This document shows positions 20,434 through 32,300 of a stretch of DNA of 64,000 nt, one piece after another; position 1 is the first letter of the stretch, and each line of letters opens with the position of its first letter. The stretch spans positions 401 to 64,400 of the forward strand of contig CAYZIP010000004.1 of NCBI GenBank assembly GCA_964478695.1, read 5' to 3'. The position numbers and the translations under genes are program-made. The DNA is from an uncultured Candidatus Saccharibacteria bacterium (GTDB lineage: Bacteria; Patescibacteriota; Saccharimonadia; JAGOAT01; CAYZIP01). The notes beneath the pieces are model-generated. The model was given only the letters and a program-made list of their open reading frames with translations, ran no database searches and was not told the origin of the DNA.

Positions 20434-20853
20434 TTATTCTCCTACTCCATGCTTAACTATAAACTTAGTCTTAACCGGTAGTTTATTAGCAGCCAGACGC
20501 ATAGCTTCTGCTGCTACTGATTGGGCGACCCCATCCAATTCAAACATGATAGTACCAGGTTTGACCTTGGCTACATAATGGCTAACAGCTCCCTTCCCAC
20601 TACCCATTCTTACTTCGGCTGGCTTGCTGGTGACTGGTGTATGTGGAAAAATTCTAATCCATATCTTTCCACCTCTTTTAATATATCTAGTCATAGCCCT
20701 ACGAGCAGATTCTATTTGTCTAGATGTAATTCTCTCTGCCTCCATTGACTTAAGAGCAAATTTACCAAAGCTAATTTCTTGGCCACGAGTAGCAAGACCT
20801 GTATTCTTACCTTTCATTTGTTTGCGATATTTCAGTTTTCTTGGTAATAACAT
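20434..20853 (-). CDS. rplP: 50S ribosomal protein L16
   Basis: [16 protein letters not shown]...RMGSGKG. Confidence 0.94.
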   Translation of the reverse strand: MLLPRKLKYRKQMKGKNTGLATRGQEISFGKFALKSMEAERITSRQIESARRAMTRYIKRGGKIWIRIFPHTPVTSKPAEVRMGSGKGAVSHYVAKVKPGTIMFELDGVAQSVAAEAMRLAANKLPVKTKFIVKHGVGE

Positions 20854-20854
20854 A

Positions 20855-21475
20855 TTATTCTCCTAAATAAATCCAGACCTTAACACCAATAACCCCATAG
20901 GTGGTGCGAGCTTCGCTAGTGTCATAAGCTATATTGGCCTTAATGGTATGCAAAGGAATACTTCCTGCAGTTAGGCTCTCAGTTCTAGCCATTTCAGCTC
21001 CATTAAGACGGCCTGAAACCATGGCCTTTACTCCTAGCGCACCAGCCTTCATGGTAGTTTCCATAACTTGCTTTAACACTTTCTTAAAAGGCATTCTTTT
21101 TTCTAATTTTGCAGCCATAGTGTCGGCCACGATCTTAGGATCTAGGTCGTATTTTCTGACTTCTTCAATAGTAATCTTTATGCTTTGATCACTAAATTTA
21201 GATATTGCTTTTTTAATAGCATCAATTCCAGACCCTGATCGACCAATTACAACTCCTGGCCTAGCACTGTAAATAATAACCTCTATATGCTTCACTGATC
21301 TTTCGATCTCTATTCTAGAGACAGAAGCTTTTTGATTTAATATATTTAAAATACTTTCTCTTATCTTATAATCTACTAAGATATAGTCTTTCATGTCTTT
21401 ACCAGAAAACCAACGACTATGATAGTTCTGTCTAACTATTAATCTAAAAGCATTAGGGTTAACTTTTTGACCCAT
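20855..21475 (-). CDS. rpsC: 30S ribosomal protein S3
   Basis: [14 protein letters not shown] domain. Confidence 0.94.
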   Translation of the reverse strand: MGQKVNPNAFRLIVRQNYHSRWFSGKDMKDYILVDYKIRESILNILNQKASVSRIEIERSVKHIEVIIYSARPGVVIGRSGSGIDAIKKAISKFSDQSIKITIEEVRKYDLDPKIVADTMAAKLEKRMPFKKVLKQVMETTMKAGALGVKAMVSGRLNGAEMARTESLTAGSIPLHTIKANIAYDTSEARTTYGVIGVKVWIYLGE

Positions 21476-21876
21476 TAATTACCACCTTTCTTGTTCTGAT
21501 CTTGAGCCTTATTCTTCTTGGTATTAGTATTGGTCTTTTGTACAAGAGCTAAGGTCACGGTTAAATGAGATCTACGAGAAACTAATTTTCTAACACTTCC
21601 ACGAGAAGCTGGTTTATATCTCTTAATCTTCATACCTTCATCTACTCTAATATCAGACACATATAAAGCATTGGGGTTCATTGAATAATTATGTAAGGCA
21701 TTAGACATAGCACTCTTTAACGTGGCTGCAACAATAATTGATGCTTTTTTATTAGTGCTAGATAGTATGTCAAAACATTCATTAACTAATTTTCCTCTTA
21801 CTAGAGTAATAACTAATCTTAACTTATAGGGTGAAATGTTGGCATTTCTTAGTACTGCTACGGCTTTTTTCTGCAT
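21475..21876 (-). CDS. rplV: 50S ribosomal protein L22
   Basis: L22 fold; position between rpsS and rpsC. Confidence 0.9.
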   Translation of the reverse strand: MQKKAVAVLRNANISPYKLRLVITLVRGKLVNECFDILSSTNKKASIIVAATLKSAMSNALHNYSMNPNALYVSDIRVDEGMKIKRYKPASRGSVRKLVSRRSHLTVTLALVQKTNTNTKKNKAQDQNKKGGN

Positions 21877-21878
21877 CT

Positions 21879-22157
21879 TTATCCTTTCTGTGCCTTAGCT
21901 AATTTACCACCATGCCCACGGAATTTACGGGTAGGAGAAAATTCGCCTAATTTATGTCCTACCATATTCTCTGTAATAAATACTGGAACATGTATTTTCC
22001 CATTATGAACTGCTATAGTTTTACCAACAAAATCTGGACTAATGGCTGAAGCCCTAGCCCAAGTTTTAATGATAGTACGATCGTCAGCTCCTAAATTAGA
22101 CACTTTCTTGGCCAATTTATAGTCAATATAAGGGCCTTTTTTGCTAGATCTACTCAT
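21879..22157 (-). CDS. rpsS: 30S ribosomal protein S19
   Basis: [53 protein letters not shown]. Confidence 0.94.
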   Translation of the reverse strand: MSRSSKKGPYIDYKLAKKVSNLGADDRTIIKTWARASAISPDFVGKTIAVHNGKIHVPVFITENMVGHKLGEFSPTRKFRGHGGKLAKAQKG

Positions 22158-22161
22158 AGTT

Positions 22162-22992
22162 TTACCCCTTTCTCTTCCTTATTATGTACTTTTGACTAAC
22201 TTTATTATTTCTAGTTTTGCGACCTAAAGCTGGTAAACCTGATGGAGTTTTGGGATGTACTAAACCAATACTATTACTACCTTCACCACCACCATGAGGG
22301 TGATCAACGGGGTTCATGGCCTTACCTCTTACTTGCGGACGACGTCCCATCCTACGCTTTCTACCAGCACTACCAATACGTATATTAGAGTGATCAACAT
22401 TGCCAATACGACCCATGGTAGCAAAGCTTTCACAAGAGATTAATCTTACTTCTCCCGAAGGCAATTTAACCTGAGCATACTGTCCATCTTTAGCTACAAG
22501 CTGAGCCTTTGTTCCAGCAGACCTAACCATACAAGATCCTTTACCTGGAGTGATTTCAATATTACAAATAAAAGATCCTACAGGTATCCTAGATAATGGT
22601 AAACGATTTCCTTCTTTAATATCAGCCTTAGCTCCAAAACTAATATTTTGTCCTGGCTGATAGCTATCTACAGACAAGGTAAATGCTTTTTTGTTACTGC
22701 TGTCTTCAATCAAACTTAAATTAGCTGATCTATTTGGATCATAAACATTACCAATAATCTTATAATCTCCTTGATTAAGAGCAAAGTCTATAACTCTAAT
22801 CTTTCTTTTGGCCCCACCTCCACGGTGCCTAACAGTAATACGACCTTGATTATTACGACCAGCTTTCTGCTTTTTAGTAATTAGCAGAGATTTATAACTA
22901 CGTTTACTAATTCCTTTTGTAAGCTCGGTAAAGCTATTATAGCTTATGGCTCTCTGGGCGGATGTATTGGGTTTGACTACTCTAATTGGCAT
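22162..22992 (-). CDS. rplB: 50S ribosomal protein L2
   Basis: [26 protein letters not shown]. Confidence 0.95.
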   Translation of the reverse strand: MPIRVVKPNTSAQRAISYNSFTELTKGISKRSYKSLLITKKQKAGRNNQGRITVRHRGGGAKRKIRVIDFALNQGDYKIIGNVYDPNRSANLSLIEDSSNKKAFTLSVDSYQPGQNISFGAKADIKEGNRLPLSRIPVGSFICNIEITPGKGSCMVRSAGTKAQLVAKDGQYAQVKLPSGEVRLISCESFATMGRIGNVDHSNIRIGSAGRKRRMGRRPQVRGKAMNPVDHPHGGGEGSNSIGLVHPKTPSGLPALGRKTRNNKVSQKYIIRKRKG

Positions 22993-23260
22993 TTTCTACC
23001 TCATATAAATCTATTTTCTGCCCAGGCATTAAAGAAACTATGTACTTGGTTTTTCTACTGGCGCTATAAGCTCTAGACTTAAATTTCTTACTCTTAGATG
23101 GCAGATTAACAACTCTAACACTGGTTACTTTTACTTTATAAGTCTGATCAATATATTTAGCGACCTCTATTTTGTTAGTAGGAGTAATGCTATGAAAGAC
23201 ATATTGATGCTTTTCGCTCATAGCAAAAGACTTTTCTGTAACTACTGGCACTAATTTCAT
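22982..23260 (-). CDS. rplW: 50S ribosomal protein L23
   Basis: Size, position and fold-typical sequence. Confidence 0.88.
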   Translation of the reverse strand: MKLVPVVTEKSFAMSEKHQYVFHSITPTNKIEVAKYIDQTYKVKVTSVRVVNLPSKSKKFKSRAYSASRKTKYIVSLMPGQKIDLYEVENAN

Positions 23261-23874
23261 TATTTGCCTCCCTTCTCTGTCTTTAATATTTTCTTAAGAT
23301 TATCTAACAAAGAATGAGAGCAAATAATAGTATTGCTACTCACAATGTCGGCTGCATTTAAATCCTGCCATGTAACAATATTAATTGTAGATAAGTTCAT
23401 ATATCCATTCAGATTAATTTTATCTGCATTATCAATGACAATCATTAAACGTCTTTTCAGGTCAGCTCCTAATGCCAAAACATTAGATAAAGCCATTTTA
23501 GTTGTTTGAGCCTCTAGTGAGTCACTTACAATAATATCTTCTGATTTTAAGATAATAGCCCTAGATAAGGCTACTTTCTTGCTAGTTTTAGATAAGGATA
23601 ATTTATAATTTCGTTCTGCTCTTGGTCCGAAGACAACACTACCGTGTCTCCATATTGGGTTACGAGCATAGCCTACTCTAGCTCTACCTGTTCCTTTTTG
23701 TTTCCATGGTTTTTTATTAGTTCCACTAACTTCACCTTTAGTCAGGGTATTAGAATGACTATGCCTTCTGTTAAAGGTAAAAACTCTTAATGCCTGGTGC
23801 AATATATGATCGGAGGTTGTGATATCATTGTCAACCTTGATGTTGCTAGTTTTATTGTCAACAATGATTTTCAT
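23260..23874 (-). CDS. rplD: 50S ribosomal protein L4
   Basis: KPWKQKGTGRARVGYARNPIWRHGSVVFGP. Confidence 0.93.
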   Translation of the reverse strand: MKIIVDNKTSNIKVDNDITTSDHILHQALRVFTFNRRHSHSNTLTKGEVSGTNKKPWKQKGTGRARVGYARNPIWRHGSVVFGPRAERNYKLSLSKTSKKVALSRAIILKSEDIIVSDSLEAQTTKMALSNVLALGADLKRRLMIVIDNADKINLNGYMNLSTINIVTWQDLNAADIVSSNTIICSHSLLDNLKKILKTEKGGK

Positions 23875-23875
23875 A

Positions 23876-24463
23876 TTATCCCATCCTTTGTATTTTAACT
23901 ATAGATTTATTAGCTCCTGGGATTGGGCCATCTAGAATAATAAGATTATCATTAATATCAATGTCTGCTACTGCAATATTTTTAAGAGTAATAGTATCTC
24001 CACCCATTTGTCCAGCCATTTTTTTTCCTTTAAAAACATGCTCTGGATACATAGCTCCTATAGAACCAGGGGCTCTATAGTTATGACTACCATGAGTTTT
24101 AGGCCCTCTTTTAAAATTATGTCTTTTGATAGTTCCAGCAAATCCTTTACCTTTTGAAGTAGAAGTGATTAACATCTTATCATTAACATTAAAGTTTTTT
24201 AGATCCAAATTACTACCAACACTATAGCTATCATCTATTAATCTAAACTCTGTTTGTTTCTTATTGCGACTAGAAAAATCATATTCCACAACAATAGCAT
24301 CATAACCATCACTAGATATATTCTTGATCCTACTAACGCTAGCTTTTAATGCCTGTAAAACAGTAACGGCTTTAGCATCACCGCTCTCTGTGATAATAGT
24401 GGTCATTCCTAATTTTCTTGCTAATATGATACTCATTTTTCCTCTTTTTGATATGCTACGCAA
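23876..24463 (-). CDS. rplC: 50S ribosomal protein L3
   Basis: ILARKLGMTTII, KGKGFAGTIKRHNF. Confidence 0.93.
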   Translation of the reverse strand: MRSISKRGKMSIILARKLGMTTIITESGDAKAVTVLQALKASVSRIKNISSDGYDAIVVEYDFSSRNKKQTEFRLIDDSYSVGSNLDLKNFNVNDKMLITSTSKGKGFAGTIKRHNFKRGPKTHGSHNYRAPGSIGAMYPEHVFKGKKMAGQMGGDTITLKNIAVADIDINDNLIILDGPIPGANKSIVKIQRMG

Positions 24464-24611
24464 AAAAAAGACGAAGCAACAGTTTCTTCTTAAGAAAGTT
24501 TAAGAAGACTTGTCTTTATACTAGCTTCTGTCTTTTAATATTACTTCTCTAAAATTATACTAGATCAAAGTTCTCTCTGTCAATAAGAGATTAGTAGTAA
24601 AGAAATATAAC

Positions 24612-24929
24612 CTACATCTTCAGTACTATGTCGACCCCAGCTGGTAAGTTAAGATTCATGAGAGAATCAATTGTCTTCTGAGTAGGGTTAACTATATCAA
24701 CCAATCTTTTATGAATCTTAAGTTCATAATGCTCCTGAGCATCCTTATGCTTATGAGGAGATTTTATAACACTCAGTCTTGTCTTTTGAGTAGGCAATGG
24801 GACTGGGCCCAATACGCTGGCTCCAGTCCTAAAAGCAGTATCCAAAAGCTGTTTAGTGGATTGGTCTAATATCTTAGAATCATAAGCTTTTAGCTTGATT
24901 CTAATTCGTTGGGTATTGCTGCTACTCAT
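24612..24929 (-). CDS. rpsJ: 30S ribosomal protein S10
   Basis: QRIRIKLKAYDSKILDQS; 105 aa. Confidence 0.94.
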   Translation of the reverse strand: MSSSNTQRIRIKLKAYDSKILDQSTKQLLDTAFRTGASVLGPVPLPTQKTRLSVIKSPHKHKDAQEHYELKIHKRLVDIVNPTQKTIDSLMNLNLPAGVDIVLKM

Positions 24930-24952
24930 AATTTGATATATCTTTCTATAGT

Positions 24953-26128
24953 TTATTTAGATATTTTAGTAACTATACCAGATCCAACAGTCTTGCCTCC
25001 TTCGCGAATGGCAAATCTTAAGCCTTCATCCATGGCGATGGGAGCAATTAACTTAACGTTAATCTTAATATTATCTCCTGGCATAACCATTTCTACTCCT
25101 TCAGGTAATATAACCTCACCAGTTACATCGGTGGTACGGAAATAGAACTGTGGTTTATATCCCTTGATAAATGGTGTATGACGTCCACCTTCTTCTTTTT
25201 TCAGAACATAGACTTCTGCCTCAAATTCAGTATGAGGAGTAATAGTACCAGGCTTAGCCAATACTTGTCCTCTTTCAATTTGGTCACGCTCAATACCACG
25301 TAACAAGACTCCAACATTGTCTCCAGCTTGTCCTTGGTCTAGCATCTTTCTAAACATTTCTACTCCAGTCACAATACATTTTTGAGTATCTTTAATTCCA
25401 ACGATTTCTACTTCTTCGTTGACCTTAACTATTCCTCTTTCTACTCTACCGGTAGCAACGGTACCACGACCCTTGATACTGAATACATCTTCAACAGGCA
25501 TTAAGAATGGCTTGTCTATATCACGAACTGGCTCTGTAATGTAATCATCCATAGCTTTCACTAATTCTCTTATGTTCTCTTCATAGGCAGAATCACCTTC
25601 TAAGGCCTTAAGAGCAGAACCACGGATAATAGGAGCATCATCTCCTGGGAAGCCGTATTTACTTAGTAATTCTCTAATCTCTAATTCTACTAAGTCAACC
25701 AATTCAGGGTCGGCCATATCCATTTTATTTAGAAAAACAAGTACTTGCTTTACTCCAACCTGACTAGCCAACAGTATATGCTCTCTAGTTTGAGGCATAG
25801 GACCATCTGCAGCAGAACATACTAGAATAGCAGCATCCATTTGAGCGGCTCCGGTAATCATATTTTTTACATAGTCAGCATGACCTGGACAGTCAACATG
25901 GGCATAGTGATACTTGTCAGATTGATATTCTTGATGAGAAGTAGCAATGGTAATACCACGAGCTTTTTCTTCTGGAGCATTATCAATCATGTCATAGCTA
26001 CGAGCTTCTGCCTTTCCTTCTTTGGCTAATACGCTAGTGATAGCAGCAGTTAAAGTTGTCTTTCCGTGATCAACATGACCAATAGTTCCGACGTTTACAT
26101 GCGGCTTGCTTCTATCAAAGTTAGTCAT
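24953..26128 (-). CDS. tuf: Elongation factor Tu
   Basis: [22 protein letters not shown]; 391 aa. Confidence 0.97.
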   Translation of the reverse strand: MTNFDRSKPHVNVGTIGHVDHGKTTLTAAITSVLAKEGKAEARSYDMIDNAPEEKARGITIATSHQEYQSDKYHYAHVDCPGHADYVKNMITGAAQMDAAILVCSAADGPMPQTREHILLASQVGVKQVLVFLNKMDMADPELVDLVELEIRELLSKYGFPGDDAPIIRGSALKALEGDSAYEENIRELVKAMDDYITEPVRDIDKPFLMPVEDVFSIKGRGTVATGRVERGIVKVNEEVEIVGIKDTQKCIVTGVEMFRKMLDQGQAGDNVGVLLRGIERDQIERGQVLAKPGTITPHTEFEAEVYVLKKEEGGRHTPFIKGYKPQFYFRTTDVTGEVILPEGVEMVMPGDNIKINVKLIAPIAMDEGLRFAIREGGKTVGSGIVTKISK

Positions 26129-26215
26129 CTATCTTATCTCCTTTTAAATTTATTAAAAAACTAATTGCTTTTATTAATTATACTCAATCATATATCCATA
26201 AGTCAAAGCTTTGAA

Positions 26216-28291
26216 CTATGATCCTTTACTGCCAACTAACTGAGTTGCTACTTGGCTGGGCACTTCATTATAGTGATCAAACTCCATAGAGTAAGATGCT
26301 CTACCTTGTGTCATAGACCTTAAGCTGGTGGCATAACCAAACATTTCAGCCAAAGGTACAAAGGCCCTAATGGCCTTAGCTCCACTACGATCTTCTATCT
26401 CGTCAATTCTACCTCTTTTTGAGTTTAAATCACCAATGACATCACCCATAAAATCTTCTGGAACTATAACCTCTACCTTGGATATGGGCTCTAAAATCAC
26501 GGGACTGGCTTTCTTCACACCATCTTGCAAAGCCATAGAGCCAGCTATTTTAAAAGCCATTTCAGAAGAGTCTACTTCATGAAAGCTACCGTCAAATATT
26601 CTGGCCTTAATGTCTACCACTGGATAGCCAGCAATGACTCCACTTTTCATGGCTTCTTTAATGCCATTCTCAATAGGAGTAATATACTCCTTTGGAATAG
26701 ATCCCCCCACAATATTATTCACAAACTCAAATCCTTTGCCACTCTCTAGAGGAGAAACCTCCATTACTACATGTCCATACTGCCCACGTCCACCAGATTG
26801 TCGTACAAATTTACCTTCAGCTTCAACTGTCTTTTTGATGGTCTCTTTATAGGCTACTTGTGGCTTACCAATATTAGCTTCCACCTTAAATTCACGCTTC
26901 ATTCTGTCTACTAATACCTCTAAATGCAATTCTCCCATCCCTGAAATAATGGTTTGGCCAGTCTCTTCATCTGTACGTACTATAAATGTAGGATCTTCTT
27001 CTGACAATCTACTCAAGGCTAAGCTCATTTTTTCTTGATCAGCCTTAGTTTTAGGCTCAATAGCAATAGAAATAACTGGCTCAGGGAATGTAATAGATTC
27101 TAATATGACAGAATCGCCAACATCACACAAAGTATGTCCAGTCATAGTTCCTTTTAGCCCAACAGCCGCAGCTATTTCTCCAGAATAAACTTCAGATACT
27201 TCTTCTCTCTCATTGGCATGCATTCTTAATATTCTTCCAACACGCTCTTTTTCACCGGTAGAGCTATTTACTATATAGGATCCAGATTTTAGAACTCCAG
27301 AGTATACTCGAATAAAAATCAATTTTCCTACAAATGGGTCTGTGGCCACCTTAAAAGCTAAAGCTCGGAAAGGGGCTGAGTCTGATACTTCGCACACAAC
27401 TTCTTCACCAGTTTTGAGATTAATACCTTTAGCAGGCTCAATGTCTAGAGGGCTAGGTAAATAATCATTAACAGCATCAAGCATTTGCTGTATTCCTTTA
27501 TTTTTTAAAGCACTTCCAGTAAATACTGGATAAAGCTGTCCATTAATAACAGCCTGACGTAGAGCAGCCTTTAGCTCAGTAGTGCTAATGTCTTCTCCAT
27601 TCAAATATTTTTCTGTTAGAATGTCATCTGTTTCTGATATTCTCTCTATAAGTTTATCCCGATATGAACTAACTTCATCTTGCATATTAGCCGGGACTTC
27701 TTGTTCTTCTGATACCTTGCCTAAATCATCCATAAAGATAATAGCTTTATTTTCTATCAAATCTACTACTCCTTGGAATTCAGATTCTTTGCCAATAGGT
27801 AGTTGAGCTATTACATAATTCTTTGTTAATCTAGACTCTATACTTTCAACATCTTTATAGAAATCAGCCCCAGTCCTATCCATTTTATTAATAAAACAAA
27901 TCCTGGGAACATTATATTTATCAGCTTGACGCCATACTGTTTCTGATTGTGGCTCTACTCCAGCGACACCATCAAAGATAACAACACCACCATCTAGTAC
28001 CCTTAAACTTCTTTCTACTTCTACCGTAAAGTCTACGTGACCAGGAGTATCAATTATATTAAATCTCTTACCCTTCCAAAAACACGTAGTAGCAGCCGAG
28101 GTGATAGTAATGCCTCTTTCCTGTTCTTGCTCCATCCAGTCCATGGTCGCTTCACCTTCATGAACCTCTCCAATTTTATGCGTTTTACCAGTATAAAACA
28201 GGACCCTTTCTGTTACAGTTGTTTTACCAGCATCAATATGGGCTATGATACCAATATTTCTTGTATTTTCTAATGAATATTCTCTTGCCAC
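26216..28291 (-). CDS. fusA: Elongation factor G
   Basis: [25 protein letters not shown]; 691 aa. Confidence 0.96.
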   Translation of the reverse strand: MAREYSLENTRNIGIIAHIDAGKTTVTERVLFYTGKTHKIGEVHEGEATMDWMEQEQERGITITSAATTCFWKGKRFNIIDTPGHVDFTVEVERSLRVLDGGVVIFDGVAGVEPQSETVWRQADKYNVPRICFINKMDRTGADFYKDVESIESRLTKNYVIAQLPIGKESEFQGVVDLIENKAIIFMDDLGKVSEEQEVPANMQDEVSSYRDKLIERISETDDILTEKYLNGEDISTTELKAALRQAVINGQLYPVFTGSALKNKGIQQMLDAVNDYLPSPLDIEPAKGINLKTGEEVVCEVSDSAPFRALAFKVATDPFVGKLIFIRVYSGVLKSGSYIVNSSTGEKERVGRILRMHANEREEVSEVYSGEIAAAVGLKGTMTGHTLCDVGDSVILESITFPEPVISIAIEPKTKADQEKMSLALSRLSEEDPTFIVRTDEETGQTIISGMGELHLEVLVDRMKREFKVEANIGKPQVAYKETIKKTVEAEGKFVRQSGGRGQYGHVVMEVSPLESGKGFEFVNNIVGGSIPKEYITPIENGIKEAMKSGVIAGYPVVDIKARIFDGSFHEVDSSEMAFKIAGSMALQDGVKKASPVILEPISKVEVIVPEDFMGDVIGDLNSKRGRIDEIEDRSGAKAIRAFVPLAEMFGYATSLRSMTQGRASYSMEFDHYNEVPSQVATQLVGSKGS

Positions 28292-28378
28292 TTTATGATA
28301 CCTTTAAACCCTTTCTTACTTAAATTTCAAATCTACTTTTATACTAAAACAAAAGCTATATTAGCCTATTAAGAACTC

Positions 28379-28855
28379 CTAGAAACGAGCAAAATGAGCA
28401 AAAGCCTTATTGGCTTCAGCCATATTGTGTGTGTCTTGCTTTTTCTTAACAGCCTCACCAGTATTATTATAGGCAGCTATTAATTCGTCAGCTAAACGCA
28501 CATCAAATGAACTACCTTGTTTGGCCCTAGCGGCATTAATCAGCCAGAATAAGGCCAAGTGATACTTGCGGTCCAGGCGTACTTCTATGGGGACTTGGTA
28601 GTTAGCTCCTCCAATTCTTTTTCCTTTTACTTCTACGCTAGGATAAACATTGTCTAGTGCTTGCTCCAAAACCTGTAAAGGGGTGATTCCTACTTTTTGG
28701 GAAGCCCTATCCATGGCCTTATATACCAATGTTTCAGCCAATCTTTTTTTACCATTCTTCATAACTTTATTCACTAATCTAGTGACTAAAATACTATTAT
28801 GTAGTCTATCTGGGGGTAATTCTCTTCGTAGAGATTTTGTCTTTTTTCTAGGCAT
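28379..28855 (-). CDS. rpsG: 30S ribosomal protein S7
   Basis: S7 fold; position within the str operon. Confidence 0.93.
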   Translation of the reverse strand: MPRKKTKSLRRELPPDRLHNSILVTRLVNKVMKNGKKRLAETLVYKAMDRASQKVGITPLQVLEQALDNVYPSVEVKGKRIGGANYQVPIEVRLDRKYHLALFWLINAARAKQGSSFDVRLADELIAAYNNTGEAVKKKQDTHNMAEANKAFAHFARF

Positions 28856-29280
28856 TATTTATCTCCCCCGGCACTAGGCTTTTTAGTACCATATTTACTT
28901 CTAGCCTGTCTTCTTTTATCTACACCAGCTGTATCTAGGTTACCTCGAACTATATGATAACGTACACCAGGCAAATCTTTCACTCTACCTCCACGAATCA
29001 AAACCACAGAGTGTTCTTGCAAGTTATGCCCTTCACCAGGGATATAAGCAGTTACTTCAGTCCCATTGGTAAGCCTAACCCTAGCCACTTTACGCAAAGC
29101 TGAGTTTGGCTTCTTGGGGGTTTGGGTTTTTACTTTAACACAAACACCTCTTTTTAAAGGAGCAGGAGCAAAATAACTACGACCCTTAATGGAATTCATG
29201 ATATTCATCATGGCAGGAGCTTTAGACTTCTTCTTGGTCCTAGATCTACTGTTTCTAACTAATTGATTTATTGTTGGCAT
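28855..29280 (-). CDS. rpsL: 30S ribosomal protein S12 (141 aa, with an N-terminal insertion of about 17 aa)
   Basis: MPTINQLVR..., [60 protein letters not shown]. Confidence 0.94.
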   Translation of the reverse strand: MPTINQLVRNSRSRTKKKSKAPAMMNIMNSIKGRSYFAPAPLKRGVCVKVKTQTPKKPNSALRKVARVRLTNGTEVTAYIPGEGHNLQEHSVVLIRGGRVKDLPGVRYHIVRGNLDTAGVDKRRQARSKYGTKKPSAGGDK

Positions 29281-29309
29281 ATTAAACTCTATATTATCAA
29301 ATTATTCTA

Positions 29310-32300
29310 CTATTGGTCAATGCCAGAAGTGTCATTCATACTATTATCATCCCCACTAGGATTGGCATGTAAGCCTGTTCCAGCAGGTATTAACTGTCCA
29401 ATGATCACATTCTCTTTTAGTCCTCTTAAGTAGTCGACTCTACCGTTAAGACTAGAATTAATTAGAACCTTAGTAGTCTCCTGGAAGCTAGCTGCGGCCA
29501 ACCATGAATCTGAAGATACTGATATGCGTGAAATTGGCATTAGTAGTAGCTCTCCTGTTGGCTTTTCTTTTTTATCTTTATCGGCCTGTTCAACTGCATC
29601 TTGAAAAGTCTTAATAGATACTATTTCACCAGTGACCAATTTACTATCTCCCACATCAGTTACTCTAATTCTAGAAAACATTCTTCTGATAATTAGCTCA
29701 ATATGTTTAGAGTTAATACGTTCCCCTTGAGAGAAGTAAATAGCTTGTATTTCTCTAATTACATATCTTTGTACAGCTTCTTTATTTTTTAGACGCATTA
29801 AGTCCTGGAGATTGAGTGATCCTTCTGTAAGTTGATCTCCAATGCTAACTTTCTGGCCATCATTTATTAATAGTTTCTTGTTTTTAGCCACAGTGTATTC
29901 CACAGCTCTGAACCCAGCTGTTAGAAAATCTATTCTATCACTTAAAACCTGAACTCTAGCATCTACGCTAGCGAAGATCTTTTCTTTTCCTCGAGATATA
30001 ACCACTGCCCCAGCTTTAATTTCAGCTCCGTTTTTTGCTTTGACTTTATCACCTTCCTGCAAGACAATACTGTCAATAATACTAGATTCTGTCTCTATCC
30101 TAACTGTACTACCAGCATCTCCTTCCACGATGGTGGCTGTGCCATTAATATCAGCCAGAAGAGCTTCTCCCTTAGGATTACGTACTTCGAATATCTCTTC
30201 TACACGAGGCAATCCTTGGGTAATATCTTCCATGAATACTCCACCACTATGGATTGTACGCATGGTTAGCTGTGTTCCGGGCTCCCCAATCGACTGAGCG
30301 GCAATAATGCCAACTGGTTCCCCAACCTTAACAACAGCTCCTCGAGCCAAATCAATACCATAACAATTAGCACATATACCTTCTTTGAGTTTACAGGATA
30401 AGATACTACGAATATTAAATGACTCTTCTTGATCCTCTATGGCCTTAGCCTGTTTCGCACTAATTATATCTCCTTTTTTAACAATACCAGCCAAATCTTG
30501 GGCTGCCATACGTCCCTCTATCCACTGCATGAATTTACTCTCTCCGGATATTATAGTGTCAGCTTTGTTGATACTATAACCTTGATCGTCTCCACAGTCT
30601 TGGGTTTTAATGACTTGGTCTTGAGCTACATCTACTAGCTTTCTGGTCATATATCCAGACTCTGCTGTTCTTAAGGCCGTATCTACTAATCCTTTTCGAG
30701 CACCGTGACAAGATACAAAATATTCTAAGCTATTTAAACCAGTCTTATAATTAGACTTAATGGGTAATTCTACCACCCCACCACTAGAGTCGGTAATCAT
30801 ACCGATCATACCAGATATTTGATTTATTTGATTAAAATTACCTTTTGATCCAGATCCGACAAATTTTGATAAAGCATTTTGATTAACTGTATCTTGGAAC
30901 AAAGTTTTTAGTTCTTTTTCTACTTTCTTAACGGCTTCTTGCCAATAAGCAACTACTCTATTGTGCTTTTCCTCACTACTAATTAAACCTTGTTCAAACA
31001 AATCATCTAAAGCCACTACTTGCTTTTCAGCCTCTCCTATATATTGACGATGAGAGGTGGTATAATCCATATCTCCCATAGAAATAGAAAGGCCAGAAAT
31101 AGAGGCATAGTGAAATCCTAGATCTTTAATATTATCAGCCACTCTGGCCGTAGTATCGCTATCTGAGCTTTCATGTACTTGAGCTAAAACTTCTTTTTGA
31201 GCAGCTTTACCTAATTCACGATTGACAAAACCAATCTCTGGAGGCAAAATTTGATTAAATATAATTCTACCTACAGTAGTTTCTACAATTTCTCCATCAA
31301 TTAAGATTTTTATTAAGCTTCCTAAAGCAACTTCTTCTAGGTCATGAGCTATAATAGCCTGCTCAGCATTGGCAAAATATTTACCCTCTCCTTTTGATCC
31401 TTTGGTAACAGTAGTTAAGAAGTAAATCCCAATCACAATGTCATTAGACGGGCTAATAATAGGATCTCCACTGGCTGGCTTCAATAAATTATGCTTGGAA
31501 AGTAATATATTTTCTGCCTCCCACTGGCTGGCAGCAGACAAAGGAAGATGTACTGCAGCTGTATCTCCATCAAAGTCAGCATTAAAAGCAGCACAAATCA
31601 ATGGATGTAAACGTATGGCCTTACCTTCCACTAAAATTGGCTTAAAGGCCTGAATACCCAAGCGGTGCAAGGTAGGAGCACGGTTTAGTAGTACATATTT
31701 ACCCTTAATCACTTCCTCTAAAGCATCCCATATTTCTGTATAGCCCACCTCTATCATACGATTGGCACTACGTACATTATGAGTAATTCCATCACTAATT
31801 AGCTTGCCCACTACAAATGGTCTGAATAGTTCCATGGCCATGGTTTTGGGAAGTCCACATTGATCTATTCTTAGGTCTGGTCCAACTACTATCACTGAAC
31901 GACCAGAATAATCTACTCTTTTACCTAATAGATTTTGTCTAAATCTACCCTTTTTACCTTTTAGTAAGTCAGTTAGACTATTGTATCTCTTACGTGCCGA
32001 AGCAGCTGTATTCATTTTTTCTCGACGAGCATTATTGTCGATTAAAGCATCTACAGCTTCTTGCAACATTCTTTTTTCATTACGACAGATTACTTCTGGA
32101 GCGTCTAATTCTTTTAATCGTTTTAAACGATTATTTCTATTGATAACTCTACGATATAAATCATTAAGATCACTAGTGGCAAATCTTCCACCATCTAGCT
32201 GCACCATAGGTCTTAGATCTGGTGGGATAACAGGCAAGCTGTGAATAATCATCCACTCTGGCTTGATATTAGCCAGCCCTAGTCCCTCAAATAATCTTAA

